This document shows positions 47,093-56,230 of a DNA stretch of 64,000 nt, piece after piece. Every line of letters begins with the position of its first letter. Positions within the stretch are counted from its first letter, which is position 1. The stretch is from Desulfomonilia bacterium (GTDB lineage Bacteria; Desulfobacterota; Desulfomonilia; UBA1062): NCBI GenBank assembly GCA_050014195.1, contig JBEKDT010000002.1, forward strand, positions 123,775-187,774. The letters run 5' to 3'. The translations under genes and the position numbers were made by a program. The notes beneath the pieces are model-generated. The model worked only from the letters and a program-made list of their open reading frames with translations. It had not been told where the DNA came from and ran no database searches.

Positions 47093-47606
47093 CTTTTTTC
47101 TCCTCTTCCTTCTCGATATCCACCAGGATCTGTCCGGGCATGACCTTTTCTCCCTCTGCAACATTGATCTTGAGCACACGACCCTTGAACGGTGCCTGGA
47201 GGGTTGTCTCCATCTTCATGGCAGAGACCACCACAACACCCTGGCCTTTCTCCACCTCATTGCCCTCAGCCACCATGATGCGCACCACAACAGAGGGCAT
47301 GGGCGGGGTGACCTCCTGGGGCAGCTCCTTGAGGCCCCTTCTGCGTGGGCCCGCCTGGGCAAGGGCATCGGCATCCTGGACCAGATAAGTGATGCCCCCC
47401 ACATTGATGAGCTTTCCTTCTTGATTATCTGTCAGGTAGGCGTTTACACCGGCACCGTCCACATCGAGGTGTATCTGGTTTGCCGAGATAACACGGTAAT
47501 GGGCAATCAGGCTGCGGCCGCTGATAGTGGCAGTTATTGTCCCTTCATCAGTGAAATCGGCTTGAACAGGTATGTCCTGCCCGGCTATTCGTAAGGTATA
47601 GTTCAT
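47082..47606 (-). CDS. stand-alone biotin carboxyl carrier (BT-like + biotinyl domain)
   Basis: 174 aa. Biotinylation motif SAMKMET near the C-terminus. RBS GGAGA. Confidence 0.85.
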   Translation of the reverse strand: MNYTLRIAGQDIPVQADFTDEGTITATISGRSLIAHYRVISANQIHLDVDGAGVNAYLTDNQEGKLINVGGITYLVQDADALAQAGPRRRGLKELPQEVTPPMPSVVVRIMVAEGNEVEKGQGVVVVSAMKMETTLQAPFKGRVLKINVAEGEKVMPGQILVDIEKEEEKKDAG

Positions 47607-47637
47607 CTCATGTCTCCGTTCTTACCCGCGTATACAC

Positions 47638-49131
47638 TTATGGCCTGAAATTACCCAGGGTCAGCCATGGAGAAAAGGCCTCGGCATCAGACTGGGCAAC
47701 AGCAGTGGGTCTCCTGCGGTTCGCTACGGCATCCACCACATATGCCAGGGCCACAAGATCAATGCCTTGTATTAAGGGCTGCCATTGAGCAAAATGCGCT
47801 TCAATGAAGTCGGTGTATGTTTCACCCTTGATGAAGGCCTCGTTCGAGAGGATGTCCACAAGGAACGGAATCGGAGTCAGGACACCGAGAATCACATAGT
47901 CCTTCAGCGCCCTGATCATCCGCCTTATGCAATCCTGTCTATTTTGGGCATGGACAATGAGCTTTGAAAGGATGGGGTCATACTCCACCGGCACGGTGAA
48001 TCCTGAATAGATGCCGCTGTCGTTCCTGATGCCCGGTCCCCGCGGCTCCTTGACGAAATGGATCTTTCCCGATGAAGGCAGGAAAGCGCTCAAGGGGTCT
48101 TCGGCATAGATGCGGCACTCGATGGCGTGTCCTCGACCCACGATATCAGCCTGTGAAAGCATCAGTTGGTTGCCCGCTGCGATCTCGATCTGCTGCCTCA
48201 CCAGGTCGATGCCCGTGATCATCTCGGTGATTGGGTGTTCCACCTGGAGGCGGGTGTTCACCTCGAGGAAATAGAAGCTGCCGTCCTGGTCGAGCAGGAA
48301 CTCCACGGTTCCTGCATTCACGTATCCGGCGGCCTTGGCTGCAGCGACTGCAGCCTTGCCCATTTTATCCCTGAGCGTAGGTGTTAGGGCAGGTGACGGT
48401 GTCTCCTCGATGATCTTCTGGTGCCTCCTCTGGATGGAGCATTCCCGCTCCAGCAGGTGAATCACGTTGCCGTGGCTGTCCGCCAGGACCTGGAACTCAA
48501 CATGGCGGGGCTTGTCGATATACTTCTCCAGATAGATGTCTCCGTTGCCGAAGGCGCTCTTTGCCTCCCTGGCCGCAGAGACGCATGCATCGGAAAAATC
48601 GCCCGGTTGCCGGACGACGCGCATGCCCTTTCCCCCTCCTCCTGCAGCTGCCTTGATGAGTACCGGGTAGCCGATCTGGCCAGCTTCACGGGCCAGAACA
48701 TGAGGATCCGTCTCGGGCTGCATCATGCCCGGGATGACGGGCACACCGCTCTTGATCATGGTACGCCTGGCATGGGTCTTGTCCCCGAGATCACGGATAG
48801 CCTGGGCAGGGGGCCCGATAAAAACCACACCTTCCTGCTCGCACCTCTGAGCGAACAGAGGGTTTTCCGCTAAGAACCCGTAGCCCGGATGGATGGCATG
48901 GGCCCCGGTCTGTTTGGCCGCTGCAATGATCTTGTCCATGTTGAGGTAGCTCTCCACAGGTTCCGAAGGTCCAAGACATACGGCCTGGTCGGCCTCCAGG
49001 ACATGCAGGGCATCCCGGTCGGCCTCAGAATAGACGGCCACCGTCTTGATGCCCATTTCGCGGCATGTTGCAATGATCCGCACAGCGATCTCGCCCCGGT
49101 TGGCTATGAGTATCTTGTCGAACATTGTCAT
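47638..49131 (-). CDS. biotin carboxylase subunit of an acyl-CoA carboxylase
   Basis: Track ORF runs to 49164. ATG 49131 (GGGAG 9 nt upstream) gives MTMFDKILIANRGEIAVRII. ATP-grasp motifs (GYPVLIKAAAGGGGKGMR, EMNTRLQVEH-type VNTRLQVEHP). Confidence 0.92.
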   Translation of the reverse strand: MTMFDKILIANRGEIAVRIIATCREMGIKTVAVYSEADRDALHVLEADQAVCLGPSEPVESYLNMDKIIAAAKQTGAHAIHPGYGFLAENPLFAQRCEQEGVVFIGPPAQAIRDLGDKTHARRTMIKSGVPVIPGMMQPETDPHVLAREAGQIGYPVLIKAAAGGGGKGMRVVRQPGDFSDACVSAAREAKSAFGNGDIYLEKYIDKPRHVEFQVLADSHGNVIHLLERECSIQRRHQKIIEETPSPALTPTLRDKMGKAAVAAAKAAGYVNAGTVEFLLDQDGSFYFLEVNTRLQVEHPITEMITGIDLVRQQIEIAAGNQLMLSQADIVGRGHAIECRIYAEDPLSAFLPSSGKIHFVKEPRGPGIRNDSGIYSGFTVPVEYDPILSKLIVHAQNRQDCIRRMIRALKDYVILGVLTPIPFLVDILSNEAFIKGETYTDFIEAHFAQWQPLIQGIDLVALAYVVDAVANRRRPTAVAQSDAEAFSPWLTLGNFRP

Positions 49132-49144
49132 CTTATGTATCTCC

Positions 49145-50761
49145 CTACATCCTGAATATCCCAAACCCCATTACATCGTCCCTGATGGGGGCGTTCAATG
49201 CGGCGGATATGGCAAGCCCCAGGACATTGCGGGTGTCCGCCGGGTCGAGGACACCGTCATCCCACAGGTTCGATGTGCTGTAGTAGGCATCACCCTGCAT
49301 CTTGGCGGCATCCACAATGGGCTTCCGGATAGCCTCTTCTTCCTCGGCAGTCATTGGCGGCAGGCCTGCCTTGGCGTTCTGATCGTTCTTCAGGGTGATG
49401 AGCACACCGGCTGCCTGCTCGCCGCCCATAACCCCGATCTGGGCATTGGGCCACATCCACAGGAACCGGGGCGAATAGGCCCTGCCGCACATCCCGTAGT
49501 TGCCCGCCCCGAAGGACGCCCCCACAATGACCGTAAATTTAGGTACAGTGCAGGTGGAGACGGCATTGACCATCTTGTGCCCGTCCTTGGTGATGCCGAG
49601 CCGCTCATACTGCCTACCGATGATGTAACCGTTGATGTTCTGCAGGAAGAGCAGAGGAATACCTCGCCTGTCGCAGAGCTGGATGAACTGGGTGGCCTTG
49701 AGCGAGCTGTCGGAAAACAGGATGCCGTTGTTCCCCAGGATCCCCACGGGGTATCCATGTATGTATGCAAAGCCACATACGAGTGTGGGCCCATAGAGCT
49801 CCTTGAACTCAAGGAACTCGCTTCCGTCCACCATGCGTGCAATGATCTCGCGGCAGTCGTAGGGCACCTTCAGGTCCCTGCTCACGATCCCGTAGATCTC
49901 TTTAGCGTCGTAGATCGGAGGTTTGGGCTCGCGCATGGTAAGCCGTGCCTTCTCGCCCTTGGGCAAGGCACTGACGATCTTCCTGACGATGGAGATGGCA
50001 TGGGCATCATCCTCGGCAAGATAATCCGAGACTCCTGACTCGATGCAGTGCACCTCTGCACCGCCGAGCTGATCGGCGGTCACCTCCTCGCCGGTGGCGG
50101 CCTTGACCAGCGGCGGCCCGCCCAGAAATATGGCGCCTGTGCCCTTGACATGGACTACCTCGTCGGACATGGCAGGGACATAAGCACCGCCTGCCGTACA
50201 GAGGCCCATGACCGCCGTTATCTGCGGGATGCCCATCTTGGAGATGACAGCCTGGTTGTAGAATATCCTGCCGCCGTCATCGACGTCCGGGAAGATCTCG
50301 GACTGGAGCGGCAGATATGCACCGGCCGAGTCCAGCAGGCTGACCATGGGAAGTCGGTTTTCCATGCAGATGGTCTGGCAGCGAAGGTTCTTCTTGACCC
50401 CCATCGGGTAGACGGCCCCGCCCTTGATCATGGCATCGCTGGCAACCACAAATACTTCATGGCCTTCGACTATGCCGATACCTGACACAAGACCTGCGGC
50501 ATGGACCCTGCCGTCATACATGCCCCTGGCTGCTAAAGGCGCGATCTCCAAGAACGGTGTATTCTTGTCAAGGAGCAAGTCGAGCTTGGTGCGTACAGGC
50601 AGTTTTCCCTGGGCCTTCAAACGGTCGATGTCCTTCTGGGGCCGCTCCTCCCTGGCCTTTTTCAGTTCAGCCTTGAGGTCAGCCACAAGGGCTTCCATGG
50701 CCTCAAAGTTGTTCCTGTACCCATCGGACTTTGTATCGATCCTGGTTTCTATGACATCCAT
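49145..50761 (-). CDS. acyl-CoA carboxylase carboxyltransferase (beta) subunit, methylcrotonyl/geranyl-CoA carboxylase type
   Basis: 538 aa. The N-terminal region through GKLPVRTKLDLLLD...GIVEGHEVFVVASDAMIKGGAVYP, and the length, fit the MccB/LiuB/AtuC family. Confidence 0.88.
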   Translation of the reverse strand: MDVIETRIDTKSDGYRNNFEAMEALVADLKAELKKAREERPQKDIDRLKAQGKLPVRTKLDLLLDKNTPFLEIAPLAARGMYDGRVHAAGLVSGIGIVEGHEVFVVASDAMIKGGAVYPMGVKKNLRCQTICMENRLPMVSLLDSAGAYLPLQSEIFPDVDDGGRIFYNQAVISKMGIPQITAVMGLCTAGGAYVPAMSDEVVHVKGTGAIFLGGPPLVKAATGEEVTADQLGGAEVHCIESGVSDYLAEDDAHAISIVRKIVSALPKGEKARLTMREPKPPIYDAKEIYGIVSRDLKVPYDCREIIARMVDGSEFLEFKELYGPTLVCGFAYIHGYPVGILGNNGILFSDSSLKATQFIQLCDRRGIPLLFLQNINGYIIGRQYERLGITKDGHKMVNAVSTCTVPKFTVIVGASFGAGNYGMCGRAYSPRFLWMWPNAQIGVMGGEQAAGVLITLKNDQNAKAGLPPMTAEEEEAIRKPIVDAAKMQGDAYYSTSNLWDDGVLDPADTRNVLGLAISAALNAPIRDDVMGFGIFRM

Positions 50762-50810
50762 CGTTTTCTCACCTCATCTTGCTTACTCGATTTATCCCAA
50801 AATACTTTCG

Positions 50811-50921
50811 CCCCCCTCACCCTATCCCTCTCCCGCCAGGGGAGAGGGAACTTAACACCCTCATGTCTGGTTAAATATCCCCTCTCCACCTTTTTAGGGG
50901 GAGAGGGCCAGGGTGAGGAGG
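50811..50921. repeat. composite GC-rich palindromic element (two opposed units, arrangement mirrored relative to 46192-46293)
   Basis: CCCTCACCCTAT-CCCTCTCCC-GCCA-GGGGAGAGGGA ... CCCCTCTCC-ACCTTTTTA-GGGGGAGAGGG-CCA-GGGTGAGG. Confidence 0.8.
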
Positions 50922-50999
50922 TACATTCTTATTCCCAGCAAAATTGTTACACATTCCTTGCATGTAAACCATCCGGCCTAGTAAATGGGTTAATCCAAA

Positions 51000-52160
51000 T
51001 TATGCCTGCACGTACCTGTCCAGCTCTGTTCGGGAGATCAATGCCCGCTGCATCTCGGATGTTCCTTCACAGATCTCACCGAACTTGGCGTCGCGGTAGA
51101 GTCTTTCCATATCGCTGCCTGCAAGATATCCATGGCCTGCCAAGATCTGCATCCCCCAGTTAGCGATTTTCGTTACAGCCTCACTGGAAAAGAGCTTGGC
51201 ACAGGCAGCCAGTTCCTCTGCCCCGTGTTCGGAGGTATTGAGCGACCAGGCAGCACGCAGGCCGAGCATCCTCCCCAGGTCATTGTTGGTGAACATGTCA
51301 GCCAGTTTGAATCCTACATCCTGGTACATGCCTATGCGTCTGCCAAAGGCGATCCTGGTCTTGGCATGGTTTGTAGATACTTCCATGCAGGCCATTCCGA
51401 TACCGACACACAGGGCAGCAATCCCAACAGCACCCATAGTCAATATCTTATTTATCTGTCCATAGCCCTTCCCAGGAACACCTCCCAGTATCCCTGCTGC
51501 AGCACAGTTCTCCATGGAGACCGAAGCAATAGGGGCACCCCGCAGACCTAGAGTCTCGATGGGGGCGGCTACTTTTAATCCTTCAGCACCTTTCTCCATG
51601 ATGAAAATGCTCATACCCTGCTCGGCTCCGGCATCTTTGTCATTGTATGCAAGAACCAGCAGCACGTCCGCTATGGGGGCATTCACCACGAAATTTTTCA
51701 TCCCGCTGATAACCCACGTATCACCATTTCTTCGCGCCACGGCAGCGATTGCCGCCATGTCGGATCCCGCCTGCTCCTCGGAGTATGCAAAAGCCCCCAC
51801 CTTCTCTGCCTTGAGGATGGCTGGGACATATCGCTGTTTCTGCTCAGGGGTGCCAAGCAGCTTCAATGTAGCGGCGCACAGAAATGCGCTTGCGCGTGCG
51901 CTGAGAAACGTTGCCGGACATGCCTTTGCAATCTCCTCACCGGCAATATAGTGCGCGATAAGGTCCAGGCTGTCGTCTGCATAGCCTGCCTCCAGCCAGC
52001 CGGCATTTGCGAGGAGCTTCAGGTTTTCCTTCATGTATGTGCATGCTTCATTACGCGAGCTTTGGTCGAGCATCTTGGCCCTGGGCGCGATCTGTGCCCG
52101 GCAGAAGGCAGCCAGGTCCTGCTGCAACTTTATTTCCTGCAAAGAAAGCTGGTAATCCAT
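51000..52160 (-). CDS. acyl-CoA dehydrogenase
   Basis: 386 aa. YSEEQAGSD, ACAD fold length, and a C-terminal ILAGHGY...ICEGTSEMQ. Confidence 0.88.
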   Translation of the reverse strand: MDYQLSLQEIKLQQDLAAFCRAQIAPRAKMLDQSSRNEACTYMKENLKLLANAGWLEAGYADDSLDLIAHYIAGEEIAKACPATFLSARASAFLCAATLKLLGTPEQKQRYVPAILKAEKVGAFAYSEEQAGSDMAAIAAVARRNGDTWVISGMKNFVVNAPIADVLLVLAYNDKDAGAEQGMSIFIMEKGAEGLKVAAPIETLGLRGAPIASVSMENCAAAGILGGVPGKGYGQINKILTMGAVGIAALCVGIGMACMEVSTNHAKTRIAFGRRIGMYQDVGFKLADMFTNNDLGRMLGLRAAWSLNTSEHGAEELAACAKLFSSEAVTKIANWGMQILAGHGYLAGSDMERLYRDAKFGEICEGTSEMQRALISRTELDRYVQA

Positions 52161-52180
52161 TGTCCACCCCCTTTAAGGAA

Positions 52181-53329
52181 TTACATCATCATGATCCGAG
52201 ACACGATCATGCGCATGATATCCGAAGTGCCGCCGCCTATGGCTGCAAGCTTGGAATCACGAAAATTTCTTTCTACCGGATATTCATGCATGAAGCCATA
52301 CCCACCGAAAATCTGCACAGCATCCGATGCCATCTCGAAGCCCCTGTCGCCGGCATAGACCTTGCTGACTGCCGCCTGAAGCGGGTTGAGCATCTGGCCC
52401 CTGTCCTTGGCAGAGGCGACCCGGTAAATAGCGAGCCTGGATGCCTCCACAAAGACTTTCATGTCCGCGACCCGGTGCTGAATGGCCTGGAAGCTCCTGA
52501 TGGGCCGGTTAAATTGCTGCCGCTCATTGGCATACCGGGCACACAGATCCAGGTTATAGAGCGCCGCACCCAGCATGGGCGAGAGCAGCGTGCAGCGGTC
52601 CCACTCCACCCCGGATAGGGCAATGATCCAGCCCTTCCCTTCGCCGGCCAGCACATTCTCGGCCGGGACTTCACAGTCTTCAAAGAAAACCTCGGAAGTC
52701 GCTGAGCATTTGCACCCCATCTTATGAAAAGGCTTGCTTGTGGACAGCCCCGGAGTCCCTTTTTCTATGATGAAGGCCGTAATGCCTTCATGTTTTTTTG
52801 CCCGATCCACATTGGCAAACACTACAAAGACATCAGAGACGGGTGCGTTGGTAATGAAGGTCTTTGACCCGTTGAGGATATAGCGGTCTCCCTTTTTGGT
52901 CGCTGTGGTCCGGATGGATGCGGCATCCGATCCTGCACCCGGCTCGGTCAGGCCCATACATCCGATCCACTCACCTTGTGCAAGTTTGGGGACGTACTTT
53001 TTTTTCTGCTCTTCGGTACCGAAATGAAAGATGTTATGCGCACACAGATAGGTATGGGCCCCCCAGGCAAGCAGGCTTCCGCCGTCAACACCCGCATGCC
53101 CCAATGCCTCTCCGGCCAGGCAGCAGGTGACGATGTCGGCCCCTGACCCTCCAAGCTCCTCGGGAAAAGGCAGCCCCAGTATCCCGAATTCCGCAAGCTT
53201 GCTCCAGATCTCGAAACTGAACTCTCCCTTGAGATCCGCCTCTTCGCAGAGAGGTGCTATCTCGTCCTTGGCATAGCGGAAGACGGAATCCCTGAACATC
53301 TTCTGTTCTTGAGTAAGATTAAATTCCAT
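52181..53329 (-). CDS. acyl-CoA dehydrogenase
   Basis: Track ORF runs to 53482. ATG 53329 (AGGGG upstream) gives MEFNLTQEQKMFRDSV. Motifs LTEPGAGSD, GSKTFITNA and QIFGGYGF...IGGGTSDI. Confidence 0.9.
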   Translation of the reverse strand: MEFNLTQEQKMFRDSVFRYAKDEIAPLCEEADLKGEFSFEIWSKLAEFGILGLPFPEELGGSGADIVTCCLAGEALGHAGVDGGSLLAWGAHTYLCAHNIFHFGTEEQKKKYVPKLAQGEWIGCMGLTEPGAGSDAASIRTTATKKGDRYILNGSKTFITNAPVSDVFVVFANVDRAKKHEGITAFIIEKGTPGLSTSKPFHKMGCKCSATSEVFFEDCEVPAENVLAGEGKGWIIALSGVEWDRCTLLSPMLGAALYNLDLCARYANERQQFNRPIRSFQAIQHRVADMKVFVEASRLAIYRVASAKDRGQMLNPLQAAVSKVYAGDRGFEMASDAVQIFGGYGFMHEYPVERNFRDSKLAAIGGGTSDIMRMIVSRIMMM

Positions 53330-53365
53330 AGGAGAACCCCTTTGATATTTATACTTAAAGTTAAA

Positions 53366-53383
53366 ATTACTACTATCAGTAAT
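53366..53383. promoter_or_regulatory. putative TetR operator, site 1 (palindrome ATTACT-N6-AGTAAT)
   Basis: ATTACTACTATCAGTAAT lies in the divergent ACAD/TetR intergenic region. It shares 12 of 15 positions with the reverse complement of site 2. Confidence 0.4.
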
Positions 53384-53506
53384 ATTTAAACCACCGGTTA
53401 ACTGCAATGTCAAGGCTATAACATACCTGCACAGGCTATTTTGTCTGTTTTGTATAGGATCGGCCTGCAATTTTCTTGACATTCTCCATTGCCGATGTTT
53501 TATCTT

Positions 53507-53521
53507 TAACTGTTAGTAGTT
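53507..53521. promoter_or_regulatory. putative TetR operator, site 2
   Basis: TAACTGTTAGTAGTT (reverse complement AACTACTAACAGTTA). It sits just downstream of a TTGACA hexamer (53475-53480) and 50 nt upstream of the TetR ATG. Confidence 0.4.
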
Positions 53522-53570
53522 TTTTTACCTTTGGTTTTATCAGCATGATTATAAAGGAAAGAGGTAGCGG

Positions 53571-54236
53571 ATGCACAGACATCGAGAGGTGATACAGAAA
53601 AGGAAAAAGAGAGAAAAGGACCAGCGCATCCAGGGGATTCTCTCTGCAGCTAAACAGGTCTTCTTCTCAAAAGGCTACCAGAGAACCACCATGGATGAAG
53701 TCGCCTTTGAGGCTGAGGTCAGCAAACCCACAATATATCAGTACTTCAGGACAAAAGACGAGCTCTATTCGGCACTCATGCTTCCCTTTCTTGAAGAATT
53801 CGGCTCCCACTTTGAGCGCATTGGCAAGAAGCTCGATGCAAATCGCTATACTACAGGCAAAACCCTTGTGAAAGATTTTTTCAGGGCCTTCCTCAAGAGC
53901 TATGAGGCCGCCCCTGATTCCCTCAGGGTGGCCAATACATTTTTTCAGCATGCAGATCTCATCAATGCACTCAATCAGGACACACGTGACGCCATCAGCA
54001 ATAAAGGTCGGTATGATTTCGAGCTGGCCAGGGGGATATTGGAAACGGCCATCGACAAAGGTCTTATCAAAAAAATCAACCCCTATGCCCTTTCCGACAT
54101 TATCTGGGGTCTGCTGCTTGGGATTACTCAGGTCATGGACATGAAGGCAACGAAACATGCAGATGCAAGTAAATACCTTAAGACAACACTTGCAGAGGCA
54201 GAGAAGCTCATCTCAGATGCTATTGTCCTCAAATAG
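53571..54236 (+). CDS. TetR/AcrR-family transcriptional regulator
   Basis: 221 aa. N-terminal HTH FFSKGYQRTTMDEVAFEAEVSKPTIYQYFRTKDELY. Divergent from the ACAD/carboxylase cluster. Confidence 0.9.
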   Translation: MHRHREVIQKRKKREKDQRIQGILSAAKQVFFSKGYQRTTMDEVAFEAEVSKPTIYQYFRTKDELYSALMLPFLEEFGSHFERIGKKLDANRYTTGKTLVKDFFRAFLKSYEAAPDSLRVANTFFQHADLINALNQDTRDAISNKGRYDFELARGILETAIDKGLIKKINPYALSDIIWGLLLGITQVMDMKATKHADASKYLKTTLAEAEKLISDAIVLK

Positions 54237-54356
54237 GTGATGGTGGGTTATGCTTCATGCCCCATCCTTGACGGGGTCTACGGAAATATTGTTTAGGGTT
54301 TGAACACTCACCCCAACTCGATTTGCATCCTTCAATCACTATTCACCAATCACCGG

Positions 54357-55802
54357 CTACGGTTCAAACTTGGCATCAGGGCATTCGGTGCAGATTGGAG
54401 GTATCGGGCTCATGGCAACATGCTCCTCAATGACCCGCATGGTTTTCCATTTACCCTGGAGGAAACGGCCGAAAAAGGCAAACCCCAGTACGATTACATA
54501 GATCGTGACGATGGTCCACCCTGCCATCAACCCATACCCCAGGGCCACTATGGACACGTAGGTGGGGATGACGAGCACAAAGGCCGAGACCAGCACGATC
54601 ATGTACATTACGAAGCGCGTGTCGCCCGCGCCCTTGATGGCTGAGGCGAAGATGACATTCATCGTGTCGAACACGGAATAGAAGGCCACGAATCTGAGCA
54701 GTATGATGGTGAGGCGCTCGATATCGGCATATTCCCCTGCATGGGTCTGGGCTGCAAAGGGTGCCACAAAGACATGCGGCACCGTTACGAACAGTACAGC
54801 AATAGTGCACATATAGATAAAGGTCATGCCGAATCCGGAATAAACACTCCTGGCAGCGAGGTCGGGCCTGTTTTTACCAAGGTACTGCCCCACGAGCACT
54901 GAGACTGCGATGCCGAAACCGATCATGGGCATGAATGCCAGCGTGTTGATGTTGAAGGCGATATTTGTTGCCGCAAGGCTCACCGTCCCGAGGCGTCCTA
55001 ATATAAGAACGAAAGCCGTAAACCCGGCCATATCGAGGAAAAACTGTACCCCGGCCGGGACCCCGAACTTCAGCAGGCGCACGAAGAGTTCTCTGTCGGG
55101 TCTCCAGCCTGACAGGGTATGATATATGCTGTCATACGAGGGGCGTAAAATGAGCGCAACATATGCAAAGAAGGAAAAGAACGCTGAGATGACCGTGGCA
55201 ATGGCCGCACCCTTCATCCCCATCTCGGCAAATCCCCATTTCCCGAAGATGAGCACATAATCAAGCACAATAGTGACAAGGGTGGAAAGCACATCCACCA
55301 ACATGATCGGCCAGGTCTTTCCTCTGCCCGAAAAGAACCCGGCCAGGGAAGCCGATGCGATCACCGGGCCCCCCCCGATGCAGAGATACTGAAAATAGAC
55401 TACCTCATTTTCACGAACCGCAGGATCATGCCCCACAAAGGTGAAGATGGGTCCGGCAAGGGGGATCAAGCCCAGGATGAAGACTCCGCCGGCCAGCGAC
55501 ATGTATATACCTTGCCACAGTGCCGGGCCGATCCTGTGTGGCATACCGGCACCATGATACTGAGCCACGAATGTACTCACATAACTGGCAGTTCCAATGA
55601 AGAAACTCATGACCGTATAGTTCAAAATACCTGCAGGCATGGCGGCTGCAATGGCCTCGGGCGAGTACCAGGCGAGGAACATCCGGTCCACGAAGTGCTG
55701 GATGGACCATGACCCGGTGCTGAGCACGAGCGGGAAGGCCAAGACAAGCACCTCGCGTATTCCCGCTTGGCCGGACCATCTTTCTTTGAAAAATCCCCCC
55801 AT
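54357..55802 (-). CDS. MATE-family efflux transporter
   Basis: Track ORF runs to 55910. ATG 55802 gives MGGFFKERWSGQAGIREVLVLAFPLVLSTGSWSIQHFVDRMFL, a typical MATE N-terminus. About 12 hydrophobic helices. Confidence 0.85.
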   Translation of the reverse strand: MGGFFKERWSGQAGIREVLVLAFPLVLSTGSWSIQHFVDRMFLAWYSPEAIAAAMPAGILNYTVMSFFIGTASYVSTFVAQYHGAGMPHRIGPALWQGIYMSLAGGVFILGLIPLAGPIFTFVGHDPAVRENEVVYFQYLCIGGGPVIASASLAGFFSGRGKTWPIMLVDVLSTLVTIVLDYVLIFGKWGFAEMGMKGAAIATVISAFFSFFAYVALILRPSYDSIYHTLSGWRPDRELFVRLLKFGVPAGVQFFLDMAGFTAFVLILGRLGTVSLAATNIAFNINTLAFMPMIGFGIAVSVLVGQYLGKNRPDLAARSVYSGFGMTFIYMCTIAVLFVTVPHVFVAPFAAQTHAGEYADIERLTIILLRFVAFYSVFDTMNVIFASAIKGAGDTRFVMYMIVLVSAFVLVIPTYVSIVALGYGLMAGWTIVTIYVIVLGFAFFGRFLQGKWKTMRVIEEHVAMSPIPPICTECPDAKFEP

Positions 55803-55996
55803 ATGAGCCCCTGTCTTAAAAATGTCGGCTTGAAGTCCAACGTCATAGCACGATGATCGTCTCAATGAAAACAGCCTTGCATCGATTGGGTCTTGATTCG
55901 TGCCATTCAATCAACTACAAAAGAAACGTTTTTCCATGCATGCCCATCAATACTATCGGGCTGTCATGAAAAATGAACCCCTTTAGGAGGTTGATC

Positions 55997-56230
55997 ATGT
56001 CCGTGAGTTTTGAACAGGTGGAAAAGGCGCTCGAAAAGACCCGCACCGTTTTGAAGGGTGACGGTGGTGATGTAGAGCTTGTGGATGTCACTACAGACGG
56101 TATTGTCCAGGTGCGGCTTAAGGGCGCATGTAACGGATGCCCCATGGCAACCATGACGCTGAAATCCCTCATCGAGCGTGTACTCAAAAAAGAGGTGCCC
56201 GAGGTCAAGGAAGTGAAGGCTGTTGCTTAG
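55997..56230 (+). CDS. NifU-like (C-terminal domain) Fe-S cluster assembly protein
   Basis: ATG 55997 with AGGAGG 7 nt upstream. GGDVELVDV...VRLKGACNGCPMATMTLK signature. Confidence 0.88.
   Translation: MSVSFEQVEKALEKTRTVLKGDGGDVELVDVTTDGIVQVRLKGACNGCPMATMTLKSLIERVLKKEVPEVKEVKAVA

Noticed and set aside
49046-50038. 330 aa plus-strand ORF
   Set aside because: It is antisense to the carboxyltransferase and biotin carboxylase genes, which have clear family motifs. It has no motifs of its own.
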